From Flectonema sp. DT1601 (lineage: Eukaryota), in NCBI GenBank assembly GCA_964019425.1, contig OZ025799.1, forward strand, positions 682,001-746,000: 64,000 nt of DNA, in the 5' to 3' direction. Numbering within the stretch: position 1 is the first letter of the stretch; the number at the start of each line of letters is the position of its first letter. The notes below the pieces were generated by a model that worked only from the letters and a program-made list of their open reading frames with translations, was not told the origin of the DNA and searched no databases. Of this stretch, positions 43,814-56,302 are shown one piece after another. The position numbers and the translations under genes were made by a program.

Positions 43814-46800
43814 GGTATCAACCCCTCCCTGGGTAAGAATTAATTGTTAACAATAAAATAATCAAAAAGGTTCCCTAACTATTGCTATTGTGGGTCACAT
43901 GTCGCTGTTTTTTTTTTCAAAAGTAACTAATAAGCAAACCAAAATCAATGAGATTTAACAAGAAAAAAAATTGCTTGATTGCGTTGTCTCTTCACGATGG
44001 AGTTGAGATGAAAAGGTGGTGGCTGATAACAACTAATGTAGTGAGGGGAGGGAAGACGCTACATTCTATTGTATTTCCCCTTTTATATAGCCTAGCATAA
44101 ACAAGTTCAGTGATTGACGGGTAAGTCAGGCAGGAATCAGAATTAATCAACCATTTCAGCAATGTCTGCAAGAAACTGGCTTCCTCCGTAACTTATAAAT
44201 AATAAGAATGACCCTACTTTATTTGAGTTTACGGACCAACTACACATGTTAATCAAAATGTTGAATGACGAAAGCTGTCAGGTAAAAGAAAACACAACAC
44301 TGAAACGCCTATACAAAGAAAGTGAAGGGGGAAAATGTGGATTACTATTTTCTTCTTTTCGTTCGTTCGTTTTTTTTTTTCCCCCTTCCCTTGATCGGGT
44401 GGGGGTCGAAAGAAAATAGTCGAGAAAATGCAACTATCAAGTACCGTAAGCCAAAACTCTCTTCATATCAAGATGAAATCTGCTCAAAATAGTATGAATG
44501 AGATCAAATACCCGATGTCTTTTTTGTTTTGCTTTCTCGCTCGGAAAGTATACAAACTGTCTTCTATCCCTCTTGCTGTTGTCGAATTGATTATTATTAT
44601 TATTCGTTTTTTTTTTTTTCGCTCCTCCACGAACGGAATTTGAAGAAAATAAAAAACAATGACCAACACCCGTAGTGAAACAACAACAAACGATGGATGC
44701 GTTCGGAATTTTATTTTGTTCTAAAAATAAGTTTTTTTTTTTTTTTTAAATTTTCCCTCTCTTCCTTATCACTGAGAACCTATATGTGTTATTATCATCT
44801 CACACTGTGACTAATTTTTTTTTTTTTTTTTCGCCACAAACATAAATCAAAATAAGAAAACGCTGAAAAATTGCTGTGTGGCTTCACATGGTCACCCGGA
44901 CAACCTCAGCTGTACCATTCCGATTCAATGCCGCACTAGTCGGATATAATTTTACCAACAAAAAACGGGTTCTTAAAAGGAAGAGAGAGAGAGTTTTTTT
45001 TTTTTTTTTTTTCCCCCTCATAAGAAACATATATTTTTTTTTATATTAAAAAAAACAATAAGAAAACAAATAACGAGAAGACGAACCTCAATCAAGCCAT
45101 ACAGGTGTATTGAGTTAATCACAGTCTTGCTAAAAAAGGTACGAAGTATTATAACAAAAAAAGAAAATGCTGTAAAAAGAAGCCATCTTCCTTCATTATA
45201 ACTTGTCTGAAAACTTGTAGAAAAGAGTAATAAAAAAAACTATCGAAAGAAAACATTGTAGGTACTCTCGAAAAAAAAAAAAAAAAAAAAAAAGGGAGAA
45301 AACGAGTGATGAGAAAATAAAACTTGTAACACGACATTACACAGTCAGGTGCCCAACACTGGCCAAAATTAGATTGGATCATCCTAAGGGGAACTTATTC
45401 CACACCTTCTTGCCTTGTAGTTGTGGTTGAGTAGTTGTGAACACTATTCAACAGTACTTTTTAATGATGTTTTCGGATGACGAACACACGGAGAACAGAA
45501 TTATAATGTTTTTTTTTTAATTTTTTTTTATTATTTCTTGTTTTTTTTTTTACTTTTTATCAAATCGTTTTCGCAGGAGAACAAAATATAAGCATAATAT
45601 GTTTATTAACAACAACGTTGTTCGGGAAATAGATGAGGAGAGGAGAACGGAATTTTTTTTTTTTTTTTTTTGCAAAATAGCATGGTCCCGCCTGCAGTAT
45701 AGTAGTTTATTAGTTTTTTTTTTTTTTGTTCTTCATTTATTATTACATTATTTCTGTTTTTGTGACCAAACCCTCGACGCAACAACTGGAGAAGTCACAG
45801 GAAAGCAGTAGGAAAGCCTAGTAGAACCCAACAACCGAAATTACCGAAAAAAAGGCATGGACAGCTCAAGGATTGCCTTAGAGGTTTCCTTACAGAATTT
45901 CACATCTAAACACACTTATTGGAAGACAACATCACTCCAAGGGTTGTACACGATTCAATAAATAAACACTAACCACTCACACGCAAAACACGGCAATTTC
46001 GGGGCCAGGACCAAAAAAAAAAGGCTTTTCCCTTTTTTTTCATTACAATTGGGTATTTGGGGGGGGAAGGGTCGACCGAAATTAGCACCTTTTTCCTTCC
46101 TTTCCTCTTTTTTTTTTTTTTTCACTTGTTGTTGTTCCGAGAGACAAGAACATTAAGCAACTATGATCTATGATAAGAACTATCAAGCAAACACTACTCC
46201 AATGAAAATCACCATTAATTCCGTAGAAGGAATCCTCCTTTGTGCAAATCCAATAATAAATCAAAACAAAAGGCGTGTTCACAATCACAAGCTCTTAAGC
46301 TATTCAAAAAGAAATATTCTTATAACATTCTTACATTAAAAAAAAAAAAAAAAGAAGAAGGAAAAGAAAAGAAAAGAAAAAGTGCTTTCGTTTTCCCAAC
46401 AGGAACTTATGTGACAAAAACAAGAGACTGCGACTCATCTCCATTAGACACACAACGAGAAAACAACGACACGCGTAATTGGGTCAAGCGCAGAGATACA
46501 CAAAAGGAAAAAAAAAACTTAGCAAATAATAAGGGGAGGAATAAGAAGATAAGAACAGAGGGAGAAAAAAAACGGGAAGAGCAGTAAACTGCATAACATA
46601 AAAAGCCAAACCCTTCGAAAAAAAAAACAAGAAATCCCTTTTCGCGAGGAATGTTCCAAGAATCCTCATAAGGACGTTACACAGCAGAAAACAAGCCACA
46701 GTAAGCTTGCTATCCTCTCTTTACTATCTACGTCGAAGATGAAAGGGATCTCTGTTATCAATAACATTAAGGAAGTTAAATTTTTTTTCTTTTTTTTTTT

Positions 46801-47020
46801 CTTATTATTTCTTGAAAGGTTTCGAACGGTAATAATTTAGTAATAAAAAAAAAACCACAGAATTCAGAAGAATTTTTTTTTTTATCTTTTTTTTATATTT
46901 CTTATTTTTTTTCGTTCTTTTTTTTTTTCTTCTTTGAGGAAACGGAGCATTTTTAAATAAAAAAAAAAAAAAAAAATTAGTTATCCAAAAAGAAGAGAAT
47001 AATTAAATGTCGCGCGTTAC

Positions 47021-50000
47021 TCAGACAGCCTCCTTCTTTTCAGAGTCTTCATCAGTAATAATTTCCTTCTTTGAAAGGGACTCGTTTTTCGTCATCATGC
47101 TAACATCGTAGTCACTTAGACATCCTGTTTGATTTTAGCTTTGTTGTATTGATTAGTTAGAAAAAGGTAAAGCCGTTTAAAAAAGAATTGGCTTTATCTT
47201 AAACAAAACAGAAAACAGTAATATAACACTGTAATTTTTTGTTTGTGCACGAAACCGTGAACCGACTTAAACTGATAAAGCTAAAGGAGGTTTACGTGTG
47301 CTGCCAACATTTTCGTTCTTACAATACTTGTTAAATGCAAAAAAAAAAAAAAAAAAAAAATCATACGAGTAGATTCAACCTCCCTTTCGATCATTGTCTC
47401 ACCAAGAGCTTCATATGCGTCTCTACGATCCATAGAAGGCCACCAGTTGTACTTACCCCACGGAGCCATTAAAGTTGGTACTAAAACGGTTCTAATTACG
47501 AGAACGTCAAATAACAAAGCCCAAAACATTATAAATGCGATTTGATTAAGAATTGGTAGTCTTGAGAACATGTGACCCATAAACGAAACAGCAACAATCA
47601 CTCCGGACAGAATGTTCATCCAACCGGTTCCGATTAAAGCCATCTTAATAGACTCAGATGTTTCTAAACGATGGTAGTGGTACCACTCTTGTGTTGCTGA
47701 AACTAAAAACAACTCGTGACTAATACTAAAACCAATAATCATAGGAACAGTAATAATCAATACAGCATAATGAATGGAACCGTCTCCATCTTCTAGAGGA
47801 TCAAATCTGTGAAGAGCGTTTGACCCAGTCCACTCTAAGGCTCCATAACAATAAGTAAGTACAGCAAATCCCAATGAGAAACAGATAGTTAAGAACGTTG
47901 TAAACACAGCCCGAAATGCAACCATCAACGAGTGAGTTCCAATAAAAATGACGGTAAACCCAACAGCGATAAATGCTGCTGCTACCCAACTCCACGCATC
48001 CTCAACACGATCGATGGCTTCCCAAGAGTTCATTGGTGTTCCTGTGACAGCAATCTTTGGGTATAAAGATGCGTTTTTACCAGCATTGGCGTCATTAGTC
48101 ATTTTAATTACATCCTTCAATCCGTTATAAAACTTTCTACCTTCAGGAGATAAAGGATCAACGTCTAACTTAATAGTAATAATAGAAGCCTTGGAATAAA
48201 AGAAAACATTATCCACAACAATTGAGGCAGTGTAACTAAAATAAGATGCTGCAACCCACACGCAGTTTGGAAAGGCATAATGTGCCTCTCCTGCTTGAAC
48301 TGTCATCAAACAAGATGCGGTTGTGTTACCAGAAAATCTTTCACCACCCGAGTTGTAGGCTCCAATTATACCTCTCGGAGAGTAGTCTTGTAATTGTGAA
48401 ACATTTCCCATGAAATCAACAGCAACCTGATCCCATAAATCAGATGGTCCAATACTTGCTAGTCGTACCAAGTACTGCATATCATCTGTATTTGGAAGCA
48501 TTGCAATCTTGTAGGTGGCAGGAAGACCAGCACCAAAATTTTTGAAAGCACGTTGTGCAGATTTTGTGAAAGAATCATCTCTTGGGAAGTAAATCGAGAA
48601 GGAGTCGTTAACATCCATGTGCATAAACAGGATAATCGCAAATGGAATGATGAAAATAATAATCGCTGCAACAATGATGTAGTTTTGAATTGTACTTACC
48701 TGGGTAACTGTCGCAAAACGAGCCCAGAGTGTACCTTCAAGTTGAGGAGTGTAGTCAGGGACAACAGATGCACGTCCATCATACTGGGATGATCTACCCT
48801 TCAACTGAGAGGCTAAAGCGACAGTGTTTCTCTTATTCTTACCTAAAGCAAAGATGTTAGTTCTGATATTGGCGGCTTCAAAGTAAGTTGGAAACGTCAA
48901 CAACAACGCTGGGCCCATCAACATAGATGTAACCAAAGCAGTAACAACACAGATGAACATAGCTAATCCAAGACCCTGTACGTTCTCAACTTTAATAATT
49001 ACAATTATAAGACAGCAAAGTGCGAACGCAACTTGTGATAGAATAATAGTTTTACCAGCAGTAGTAAGCATTCTCTTCACAGCATTCGGACAATCCTCAC
49101 CCTCAAGAAGAGCTTCTCTAAATCTGTTAAGCATAAATAAAGAGTGACCAACAGGGAGACCAACAACAAGTGAGATCATGACAGGAGTAGCAATGACGTT
49201 GGTTAGAACGTGATCGGCGATTTCAGCTACGATTGCCATGGACATGATGGTGGTAGTGATAATTGTTAAGATAGGCCATATCATTAATCTTAAGTTTCTA
49301 AGTGCAATCATAACAATCAATAATGATAAAGGAATAGCAATACCATCAGCAAGAGCTAAGTCCGCAATAACTGTATCTAAAATCTCAGAGACACCTCCAG
49401 AAATAGAGAACACTCCAGCAGTCATACCATTTGGTTGTAAGAAGGTAGCTTGTAAACCTTTCAACTCTCTGTTTAACCAACTATTAAATTCCTTTTGTTT
49501 GTTCTCTAATCCTAAGTTTGTTCCCTGAAAAGTAACAGTAATACTCGTACTCCTATTTCCAGTGGATGGAGGTGCAAGAAGGATATCACCAGCACCTGCG
49601 TGTTCTTGGCTTCCTGCCCAGAAGGTTGACAGAGTGTAGTAACCCTCAACAGCAGTAATGTATTCACCATTATTTGTGAATGCCGTACAGTTTGGTCTCT
49701 GCGGAATAGGTTGATTGGCCAATGCATGAGTAAATGCAACAGGAACGTTGCACCATTCGTGCCAGATTTTGTCACGAAGAGCAAAGGTGAATGTGTCTGG
49801 ACCAGTCATATTGTACTCACTTCCATTGTAGGAATACGCAGGTTCAATTACCTCCGAAGTAAACTCTCTGATGTCCTTAGCAAGATTTTTATCATCCCAT
49901 TCTATGATTACTAAGAATTCCGTGTTACCAATTTGTTTTGGGAAGAACTCTTCAACAGCTTCCTGGGTGTCATATGCGTCTGACGATGGTGGAGGGTTCC

Positions 50001-50268
50001 ATTTCAAATCAGTTCTATCAAAAAGAGCGATTGCCCAATTAACACAAACAGCAGTTGCTATTAAATACACAATAAGAACCCCTCTCTTAACTAATGGGAT
50101 GTTTAGGACATCGACGTATCTACCGGCCCATTTAGAACCGGGGTCAATCTTTGGAAGAGGCATCGTACTCGCTCTCAGCGGGTTTGGGTCCATTCCAGAA
50201 TCTACAGGAGATCCTCTGATAGGAGGAGCGCTTGGTGACGGTTTTGGAGAATAGGTTTCTCTACCCAT
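47021..50268 (-). CDS. MmpL/RND-superfamily membrane transporter; exons 50268-47367 and 47124-47021
   Basis: Two 1+5 TM repeats with large luminal loops. Motifs LFMLNRFREAL, AVKRMLTTAGKTII and DVLVIRTVLVPTLM..GKYNWWP. A 242-nt GTATGA..CAG intron joins to RCLSDYDV...KKEAV*. Confidence 0.88.
47235..47338 (+). repeat. Family A-like diverged copy inside the MmpL gene intron
   Basis: TTTGTTTGTGCACGAAACCG...TTTACGTGTGCTGCCAACATTTTC...TGC followed by an A-run; same motif order as family A. Confidence 0.5.
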
Positions 50269-50652
50269 TGTTTTATTTTTGTGTCTTTATTTCTAGTGAT
50301 TAGGGAAATGACAGTGATAGGTGGCTGGGTACAAAATTCCATAAATAAGTAAATTCTCTCCATCCTGAGACTTTGATTGTGGTGTTGCTGTAAAGAATTT
50401 TCAAATAAAATGCAACGAATCGAAGTAAACAAATGTCGCTCAGAAACTTTGATGGCAGTAGGCACAAAAACAAACAACCTAACTGAGGTGTTGCACTACA
50501 CACAACACAATCTTGAATTTCATAAGTGAGATTTGTGTTCTTTGTGTGTATGCTGCGTAAGCTTGACAAGCAGGAGGTGATTCCTCGTTGTTTTTTTGTT
50601 TTTTTTTAACCACTTTTTTTTCTTCTTTTGTTACATAAACAGAACAAGATGT

Positions 50653-51285
50653 TTACCAGGTAGGGTCCTTGCTCTTCTTACGTCCCTGGTCGGCCAACTC
50701 AAAGTGCTTACATCTCTTAATTGAGGAAAGTTTAACTCTCTTGCACTTGGTGCACTGAAGCTTCAAAGAGATCTTCTTTGTGGTCTTTGCCTTCTTGTGG
50801 AAGACAGGCTTCGTCTGTCCTCCGAATCCCTTCTGCTTGGCGTCATAACGACGCTTTCCCTGAGCGCACAGACGGGATTTACCTGACTTGTACTGGACGA
50901 CCTGTTTTTATATTTCGGTTTAATATAATTTTCTTTTTTTTTTGTACCTACAAACCCATTGTTCGGTAGAAAGAGAATTGTGGCAGCGTAACTACCTATT
51001 CCTTTATTAGGATTTTCTACCGGTTGCGCACAAACAAAATAAAAGTGTGAGTTAGTAAGTAAAAAGTGAAGTTTGCCGATTCTTTTTTTTTTTTTTTTTG
51101 TTAAGAGAAAATAATAGGGGTACATTTCGGGAGATCAAAAGTATTTTTTACTAAAATCCGAGAGTATAATAAAAAAAAACCTCCGTTTTGGTATACTCAA
51201 CTCATTGAATACAAACCTTGTGGTTGACGTAGGTCAGGCAGTTTCCTGCGCAGTACGACTTCTTCGACTTCGGGTAGTTCACCAT
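50653..51285 (-). CDS. RPL36A: 60S ribosomal protein L36a/L44 (eL42); exons 51285-51217 and 50901-50653 (missed by the ORF track)
   Basis: Spliced product [77 protein letters not shown]...[21 protein letters not shown]. 315-nt GT-AG intron. Confidence 0.97.
50944..51082 (-). repeat. Family A element inside the RPL36A intron
   Basis: Reverse complement of 2693-2832 with few differences. Confidence 0.85.
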
Positions 51286-52278
51286 AGTGCGAGCGAGATT
51301 CCTAAATGAGTTAAATTAAATAGAAAATGAGATGTTACCCTGAAGTTGTAATTAAATATAAAGCTACAAACCCCATCGGAGTTGTTTATATGTAATAAGT
51401 GTGTTGATTCCTAATGCGGGGGATAACTTGATACTGTGATTAAATATAAAGTAACTTGAAACTGGCTAAAACGAATATAGGGTTCGGCCAAACATGGTTG
51501 CAATGAAAATCGGTATCGATAAAATCCCATATGTGCTGTCGAATATGGGGATTCGGGGGCCACGTACTACAGGGGGAGAACAGAGCGTATTATGAGTTTT
51601 TCAGGAATTGGTTCTTTTTATTGAAAATCAAAAAAAAACTTACCTCCCTAACTATGCAAAGATAGAGAGGTAACTTGTTAAGTGGTTATGGCAGGTCTTT
51701 TCATCCTAGTTTACTGAAACTGCTAACCAATATCACACTACAAATTAAGTATCAATAAGGTGGGGGAAAAGGTTAGACAAGAGATAAGGAACACTTTTTT
51801 TTTTTCTTTCATTTTCTTTCTCGTTGCTTTTCTTCTTTGTATTTCTTCCTTCCACTTTTTTTTCCCCCACGACTTGCAAAAAAAAAAAAATGAAGCAAAA
51901 CAGCGAGCGAAGGCCATCTTTTTATGTTAAGTCGTATCCACGCCTGGTGGTGTCACTCAATTTGGATCGTGTAATCTGTGCGCATGTTGCTTCGAATTGG
52001 CTCTGCTATCGCATCTCGTACTCTCACTCTCTCTCTTTTTTTTTTTTTTTTTTCCCCACTCTTTTTTCTAACTCAATTGCATTCGCTTTCTTTTTTTCGT
52101 TATTTGTTAACCTCTAATGGGGAAGGGGGCAGTATGGGACAGAGGGATGGATTGCTTAGTTTTTCTAAGGGACTGAATCTGGAGCCTTCCACAGTTGGAC
52201 TCTAGTGCTTACCCAACTCAATAGATAAATACTACTGTGATAAGGTACTGAAATATTGAAATAGAATAATCAAACAGC

Positions 52279-53661
52279 TTACTGATCTGAGTATGAGTGA
52301 GCAGTGCCTTCAAGTTTCTTGTTCTCAGCAACCTTGCGAACAGCCTTGTTGAAATCTTCTTCGATTACGTAGTCGCGTTCTCCTCTGATTGCGAACATAC
52401 CAGCTTCTGTACATACGTTTCTGTTTGTTGTGTTTTTTTTGAAGATTTGTGTTACGTTGTTGTTAAAAAGAATGTGACATACCTCAAGTCAGCACCGTTG
52501 AATCCATCAGACATTTTAACGACACCTTCGTAATCGATGTCTCCCTTTTTAGTTATATTCGCTGAGTGGATTTTGATAATGTCAGAGCGACCCTGTTCGT
52601 TTGGCAATGAGATTTCAATTTTTCTATCAAGACGACCCGGTCTGAGAAGGGCAGGGTCGAGGATATCAGGTCTGTTTGTTGCCATGATCATTTTAACTTT
52701 TCCTAAAGCATCGAACCCGTCTAACTGGTTCAATAATTCCATAAGAGTTCGTTGAATTTCTCTGTCTGACGCTGTTCCTTCTGAGTATCTCTTCCCTCCA
52801 ATAGCGTCAACTTCGTCCATAAAAATAATACAAGGTTCGTGATCACGTGCATATCCAAACATCTCTCTTACTGCTCTGGCACTTTCACCTATAAACTTAT
52901 CAACAATTGCACTTGCGACGACTTTTAAAAAGGAAGCGTCGACGTTTGATGCGATTGCCTTTGCCAGTAGGGTCTTTCCTGTTCCTGGTGGACCGTACAA
53001 TAGAACACCTTTCGGTGCATGGATACCGACACGTGTGAATAGCTCAGGGTTTACAAGGGGAAGCTCAATTACTTCACGTAATTCTCTCATCTGTTCCTGA
53101 AGTCCTCCGATTGACTGAAATGAGATGGTTTCTTCATCGATTTGAGATTTCATATTGTACACAAGTGGATCAACCTGTTGTTTGATTGGTTTTATATTTT
53201 TTTATAACAATTCAGTTTACAAACGAATTACACAAACCTCTCTCGGTAACACTTTCATAATTGTTAGCGTAAGCATCTCGAGAGTAACTCTGACTCCAGC
53301 CTTCAACTTTGCCTTGTCAAGACGACTTCTTCTTCCCACTAAATATCTCGGTCCGCTTGATGCTTTTACGATATATTTATCTCCATCATCGTCAACTTGC
53401 TTCAAAACTTCACCGACGATTTGTCCAGCGCATTGAAGTCCTTTTACGTTATCTTCAGACCTGTCGTAATCAGCAGTCAGTTTCCTTATCTGATGCCGGA
53501 GACTTTTTACTTTCTTCTCAGCTTCCTATTTTTTTTATTTGTTTTTTATTACTTCTCAACAACTTCATTAATAAAACTATTTATGTAATTACACATACTC
53601 TGTGATTCTTGACCTTTCCCAAATAATTTTGAATCGCCCACTCTTTTGACGTGTCGGACAT
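52279..53661 (-). CDS. RPT4: 26S proteasome AAA-ATPase Rpt4; exons 53661-53599, 53525-53238, 53174-52483, 52420-52279
   Basis: [56 protein letters not shown] and [17 protein letters not shown]. Three GT-AG introns (73, 63, 62 nt) keep the frame. Confidence 0.96.
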
Positions 53662-54019
53662 TTTCTTTGGGCTGTGCCCGCTTGCTGTAAAGATAGTTGA
53701 GTTGTTCTTTAATTCTTTATATTACTTTCTACTCCGTTACTTGTTATCATTCCTGTAAGAAAACAATCAACGTTATTGTCTGCAACACAACCAACACAAC
53801 GGGTAGCACAAAGAAACGAAAAACAGATAAACTAAAGAAACAGCTAAAGAGAACAGAGTTAGAGTAAAAAAAAGATTTTTTTTACAATAACAAAATCAGC
53901 TGGAAGACTTTTTTCATTTTTTTTTTTTCTCCCTTCCATGAAAATAGTAGTAAGATACCTAACAGTATCAATTGCTTGGGTTCAGTTTCCGATGTTTGGG
54001 TTCGACTGATAGTTTCAGT

Positions 54020-56302
54020 TCAATCTTTCTCAGCAGCTGCAACTTTATTTTTGAGAGATCTCGGAAGAGTTGCAATAACACTGCCGGGTGTCGGGAGGCT
54101 CTTCGGAGGGAAGTTGCCACCTGAGTTGACCGGTTGCTTTGCGAGTGATGTAAAAGCACATCGAAGAGTTCTCCGAGCAGCATCTCTCACTTCCCGAGAA
54201 ACTGATAAAGAAAGTGGAGATGTCAACGGGACTAAAATACCTGCAATCTGATCAGCTGCAACTGTTTCTACTACAGACGAGGCAGCCTTCAATGTCGGGA
54301 GTACAAACTCACTGTGAGTCAATCCGTACACAAGTCCACTCACAGATAAAGAGTCATCAGCGACACCCCACAACAATACCAGACTTGAAATGGCTTCAAT
54401 TTTAACAGCGTCAGTTTCCTTTCCGAATAACATTTTATGAAGTAATGTTGCCAACGTATTTATTGTTTTGGGAGCAACGGCATCTGATAACAGGTAGCCG
54501 ACTGCTCCGCAGGCGGCAGACTTCAAAGATTCGTCAACTTTTGATGATTGCAAACAGCTGAGGATATCCGGGAAGATTGGAGAATGATCAAATGTTCTAC
54601 AGTAGTATCGAGAGCGGTGCAGCATTACTACCCGAAGGTTTGTATCTGACTTGTCGCGTAAAGCAGATCTCAAAAAAGGAACAACCAGCTTGTGATAATC
54701 AGATCCAGAAAGTATTCCTCCACCTCCTCCACTCGGTGATGTTATTTTAGAAGTCAGAAGTTGAAGATTCTCAACTCTAATAGCTCGCTGTGTATTAAGT
54801 TCTTCGAATACGACTAAGACTCTATCTTCTTCTTCATCAATCCCTGCGACACTACCACGTTGACCATTTAGATCTGCTGCTTTTGAAAGTCCGAATGCCT
54901 CAACGATGGCACCAGTTTCAAAATCTTTTATCGATTGTTTGTGTTGAAGAACGGGTTTCTTTTCAGTCATCGAAATTCTTTTTTCTTGAGTTTCATTAAA
55001 GCTTTTGTTCGGATTCTTTCTACCGGCTGGTACCAATAACGTTTCATAAACACTATCACCTGCTTGATCTAAGAACACTGATCTATCACACAACAGTGAA
55101 ACAACATACGTGACAATATCGCTGTAAGAGAGCGTCTCAAATGCTCTGCATACGCTGCTGTAGCCTGTCACTCGTAAAGGGTAGGCAAGTGTTAACCTCT
55201 CCTCCGTAAGAAAGTGAACAGTCTTTACTAGTGTGTTGGCACTCAAATGTCTACCTGATAATAATTGCTCAAGAGACTGACGTACTGACACAGCACTGTT
55301 CAGGGCGTGTAAAGCCCATAGTTCTAATTCTTCACCGATATCAAGGGGTCGATATGTCGGAGGAAGACCTATAAAAACCGGAAGATCTTTTATTTTATCT
55401 CTATCAATCCATTCTATTGCCGAGGTTACCTCTCCCAAAAGAGCTTCAAGCCCCCTGTTTTCCAATGAAATTCCTTCATTGAGCGTGCTACTTCTCTCTC
55501 TTTCTGCTTCGTAATCCCGCATTGTACCCATAATAGACTTTAATACGTCTTCGTCATGCATTCTACTCTCAAGGTTGCATGTTGTGACTATGTGGTGAAT
55601 GATTAGTCCTAGTCCATAGATATCTCTCGTTGAGAGGTCTGGTTTTGCTGATTTATAGACATCCTCGGGCGCTGTGAGTGACTGTAATGACATGCAATGT
55701 TGGTTCAAATCTATAGCACCTTTGGAACAAGAGAATGAAAAGTCTCCTAGAACCCATCTAACTGGATCTTGAGTAACAAATATACCATCAAGGGTAACAT
55801 TATTATAAGCAATCCCACAGTCAGCATGAAGCCAACTGAGAGCTTTAGCTATAGTAAATATACCAAAGGCTAACTCATCACAAGATAGTTGTTTATCTTT
55901 TATATGATGACGAAGTGGTACTGCAGGTTGTGTTATCAATTGAATATTTCCACTCGCTGTTTTACCTCCACTTAAAAATGGAAGCACAAAAGGGTGTCGT
56001 AGTGTTCTGTGTCTAACCCAAGCTTCTTCAGAGCAGGTTGATACGTCTCTTAGACCAGCAGCAGGTAAGAGTGCTTCTTTTACAGATCTTGTGAAAGAAT
56101 CAAGTAAGTCATCACCACGTTGTCTTCCTCTTGCTGTAAAAACTAATACTTCTTTTCCTTTTTGCTTACCACGTCTTAGTAGCCATATTCCAGCTCCATC
56201 ACCTCCCTTCAAAGGAACTATATCATCAACGGGTTCTAACTTCCGCGGTGAACCTGGCGGGGAATCCTTCGAACCACCTCCGCGGATAATGCGCTTCAGC
56301 AT
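54020..56302 (-). CDS. SCY1-like pseudokinase with HEAT repeats and an inserted SH3-like module
   Basis: RTLRHPFVLPFL, GIFTIAKALSWLHADCGIAYNNVTLDGIFVT..WVLGDF (no HRD), RDIYGLG and a helical C-terminal half. Confidence 0.8.
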   Translation of the reverse strand: MLKRIIRGGGSKDSPPGSPRKLEPVDDIVPLKGGDGAGIWLLRRGKQKGKEVLVFTARGRQRGDDLLDSFTRSVKEALLPAAGLRDVSTCSEEAWVRHRTLRHPFVLPFLSGGKTASGNIQLITQPAVPLRHHIKDKQLSCDELAFGIFTIAKALSWLHADCGIAYNNVTLDGIFVTQDPVRWVLGDFSFSCSKGAIDLNQHCMSLQSLTAPEDVYKSAKPDLSTRDIYGLGLIIHHIVTTCNLESRMHDEDVLKSIMGTMRDYEAERERSSTLNEGISLENRGLEALLGEVTSAIEWIDRDKIKDLPVFIGLPPTYRPLDIGEELELWALHALNSAVSVRQSLEQLLSGRHLSANTLVKTVHFLTEERLTLAYPLRVTGYSSVCRAFETLSYSDIVTYVVSLLCDRSVFLDQAGDSVYETLLVPAGRKNPNKSFNETQEKRISMTEKKPVLQHKQSIKDFETGAIVEAFGLSKAADLNGQRGSVAGIDEEEDRVLVVFEELNTQRAIRVENLQLLTSKITSPSGGGGGILSGSDYHKLVVPFLRSALRDKSDTNLRVVMLHRSRYYCRTFDHSPIFPDILSCLQSSKVDESLKSAACGAVGYLLSDAVAPKTINTLATLLHKMLFGKETDAVKIEAISSLVLLWGVADDSLSVSGLVYGLTHSEFVLPTLKAASSVVETVAADQIAGILVPLTSPLSLSVSREVRDAARRTLRCAFTSLAKQPVNSGGNFPPKSLPTPGSVIATLPRSLKNKVAAAEKD

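Noticed and set aside
47281..47366. ORF-track C-terminus MIFFFFFF... of the MmpL protein
   Set aside because: Intron sequence; the true last exon is 47124-47021.
50944..51082. Possible intronic snoRNA in the RPL36A intron
   Set aside because: No convincing C/D or H/ACA architecture, and a near-identical copy lies intergenically in the opposite orientation.
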